Below, piece after piece: positions 63,821-64,000 of a stretch of 64,000 nt of DNA. The DNA comes from Phoronis australis (lineage: Eukaryota > Animalia > Phoronida): the NCBI GenBank assembly GCA_002633005.1, contig NMRA01000764.1, forward strand, positions 95,499-159,498, written 5' to 3'. A program made the translations under genes and the position numbers. Each line of letters starts with the position of its first letter. The first letter of the stretch is position 1. The notes beneath the pieces were generated by a model, which made no database searches, was not told where the DNA came from, and saw only the letters and a list, made by a program, of their open reading frames with translations.

Positions 63821-64000
63821 TAGGCGCTCTGTACGCCGGAAGCTTTTCGGCGAATTATGCCTCGCACCGACTAGAACCATCAAAGTCACGTTGTTATAAA
63901 TACCTTTTGCGCATAGAAGAACAACTTAGGAGGTTGTCGATGTGTTTAAGTCCTTCCAACTCGAACAAATACTCCCGTTATGAAACTTTTTCTTCGAGCA
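63821..64000 (+). mobile_element. Second copy of the same MITE, truncated by the window end
   Basis: TACGCCGGAAGCTTTTCGGCGAATTATGCCTC..CAAAGTCACG..CCTTCCAACTCGAACAAATACTC matches 62410-62580. Confidence 0.7.

Overview
Intron-rich, repeat-rich animal genomic DNA with four N gaps. Inference: a bilaterian invertebrate, possibly a mollusc; it is not prokaryotic. I reconstructed four protein-coding genes by hand from GT-AG junctions and phases. (1) A CC2D1A/B (Lgd/Freud) gene on +, lacking its 5' end, 864-29104. (2) The complex III Rieske protein UQCRFS1 on -, 47520-41228. (3) Cytochrome c1, CYC1, on -, 63328-51597, directly upstream of UQCRFS1. (4) The first exon of a probable PPWD1 on +, head-to-head with CYC1. 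Repeats include decayed CR1/L2, Tx1/L1 and Penelope fragments, two tRNA-derived SINEs, several MITEs and many minisatellites. Three signals stand out. First, a non-autonomous Helentron-type (DINE-1/HINE-like) element has an internal ~451-bp tandem unit carrying three co-oriented CTCF-consensus motifs spaced 145/161/145 bp, and it repeatedly inserts into its own copies. Second, exon-intron junctions are tandemly amplified in all three multi-exon genes, creating arrays of decoy splice sites; the four arrays I translated lead to stop codons. Third, the two nuclear-encoded catalytic subunits of complex III are adjacent and co-oriented.
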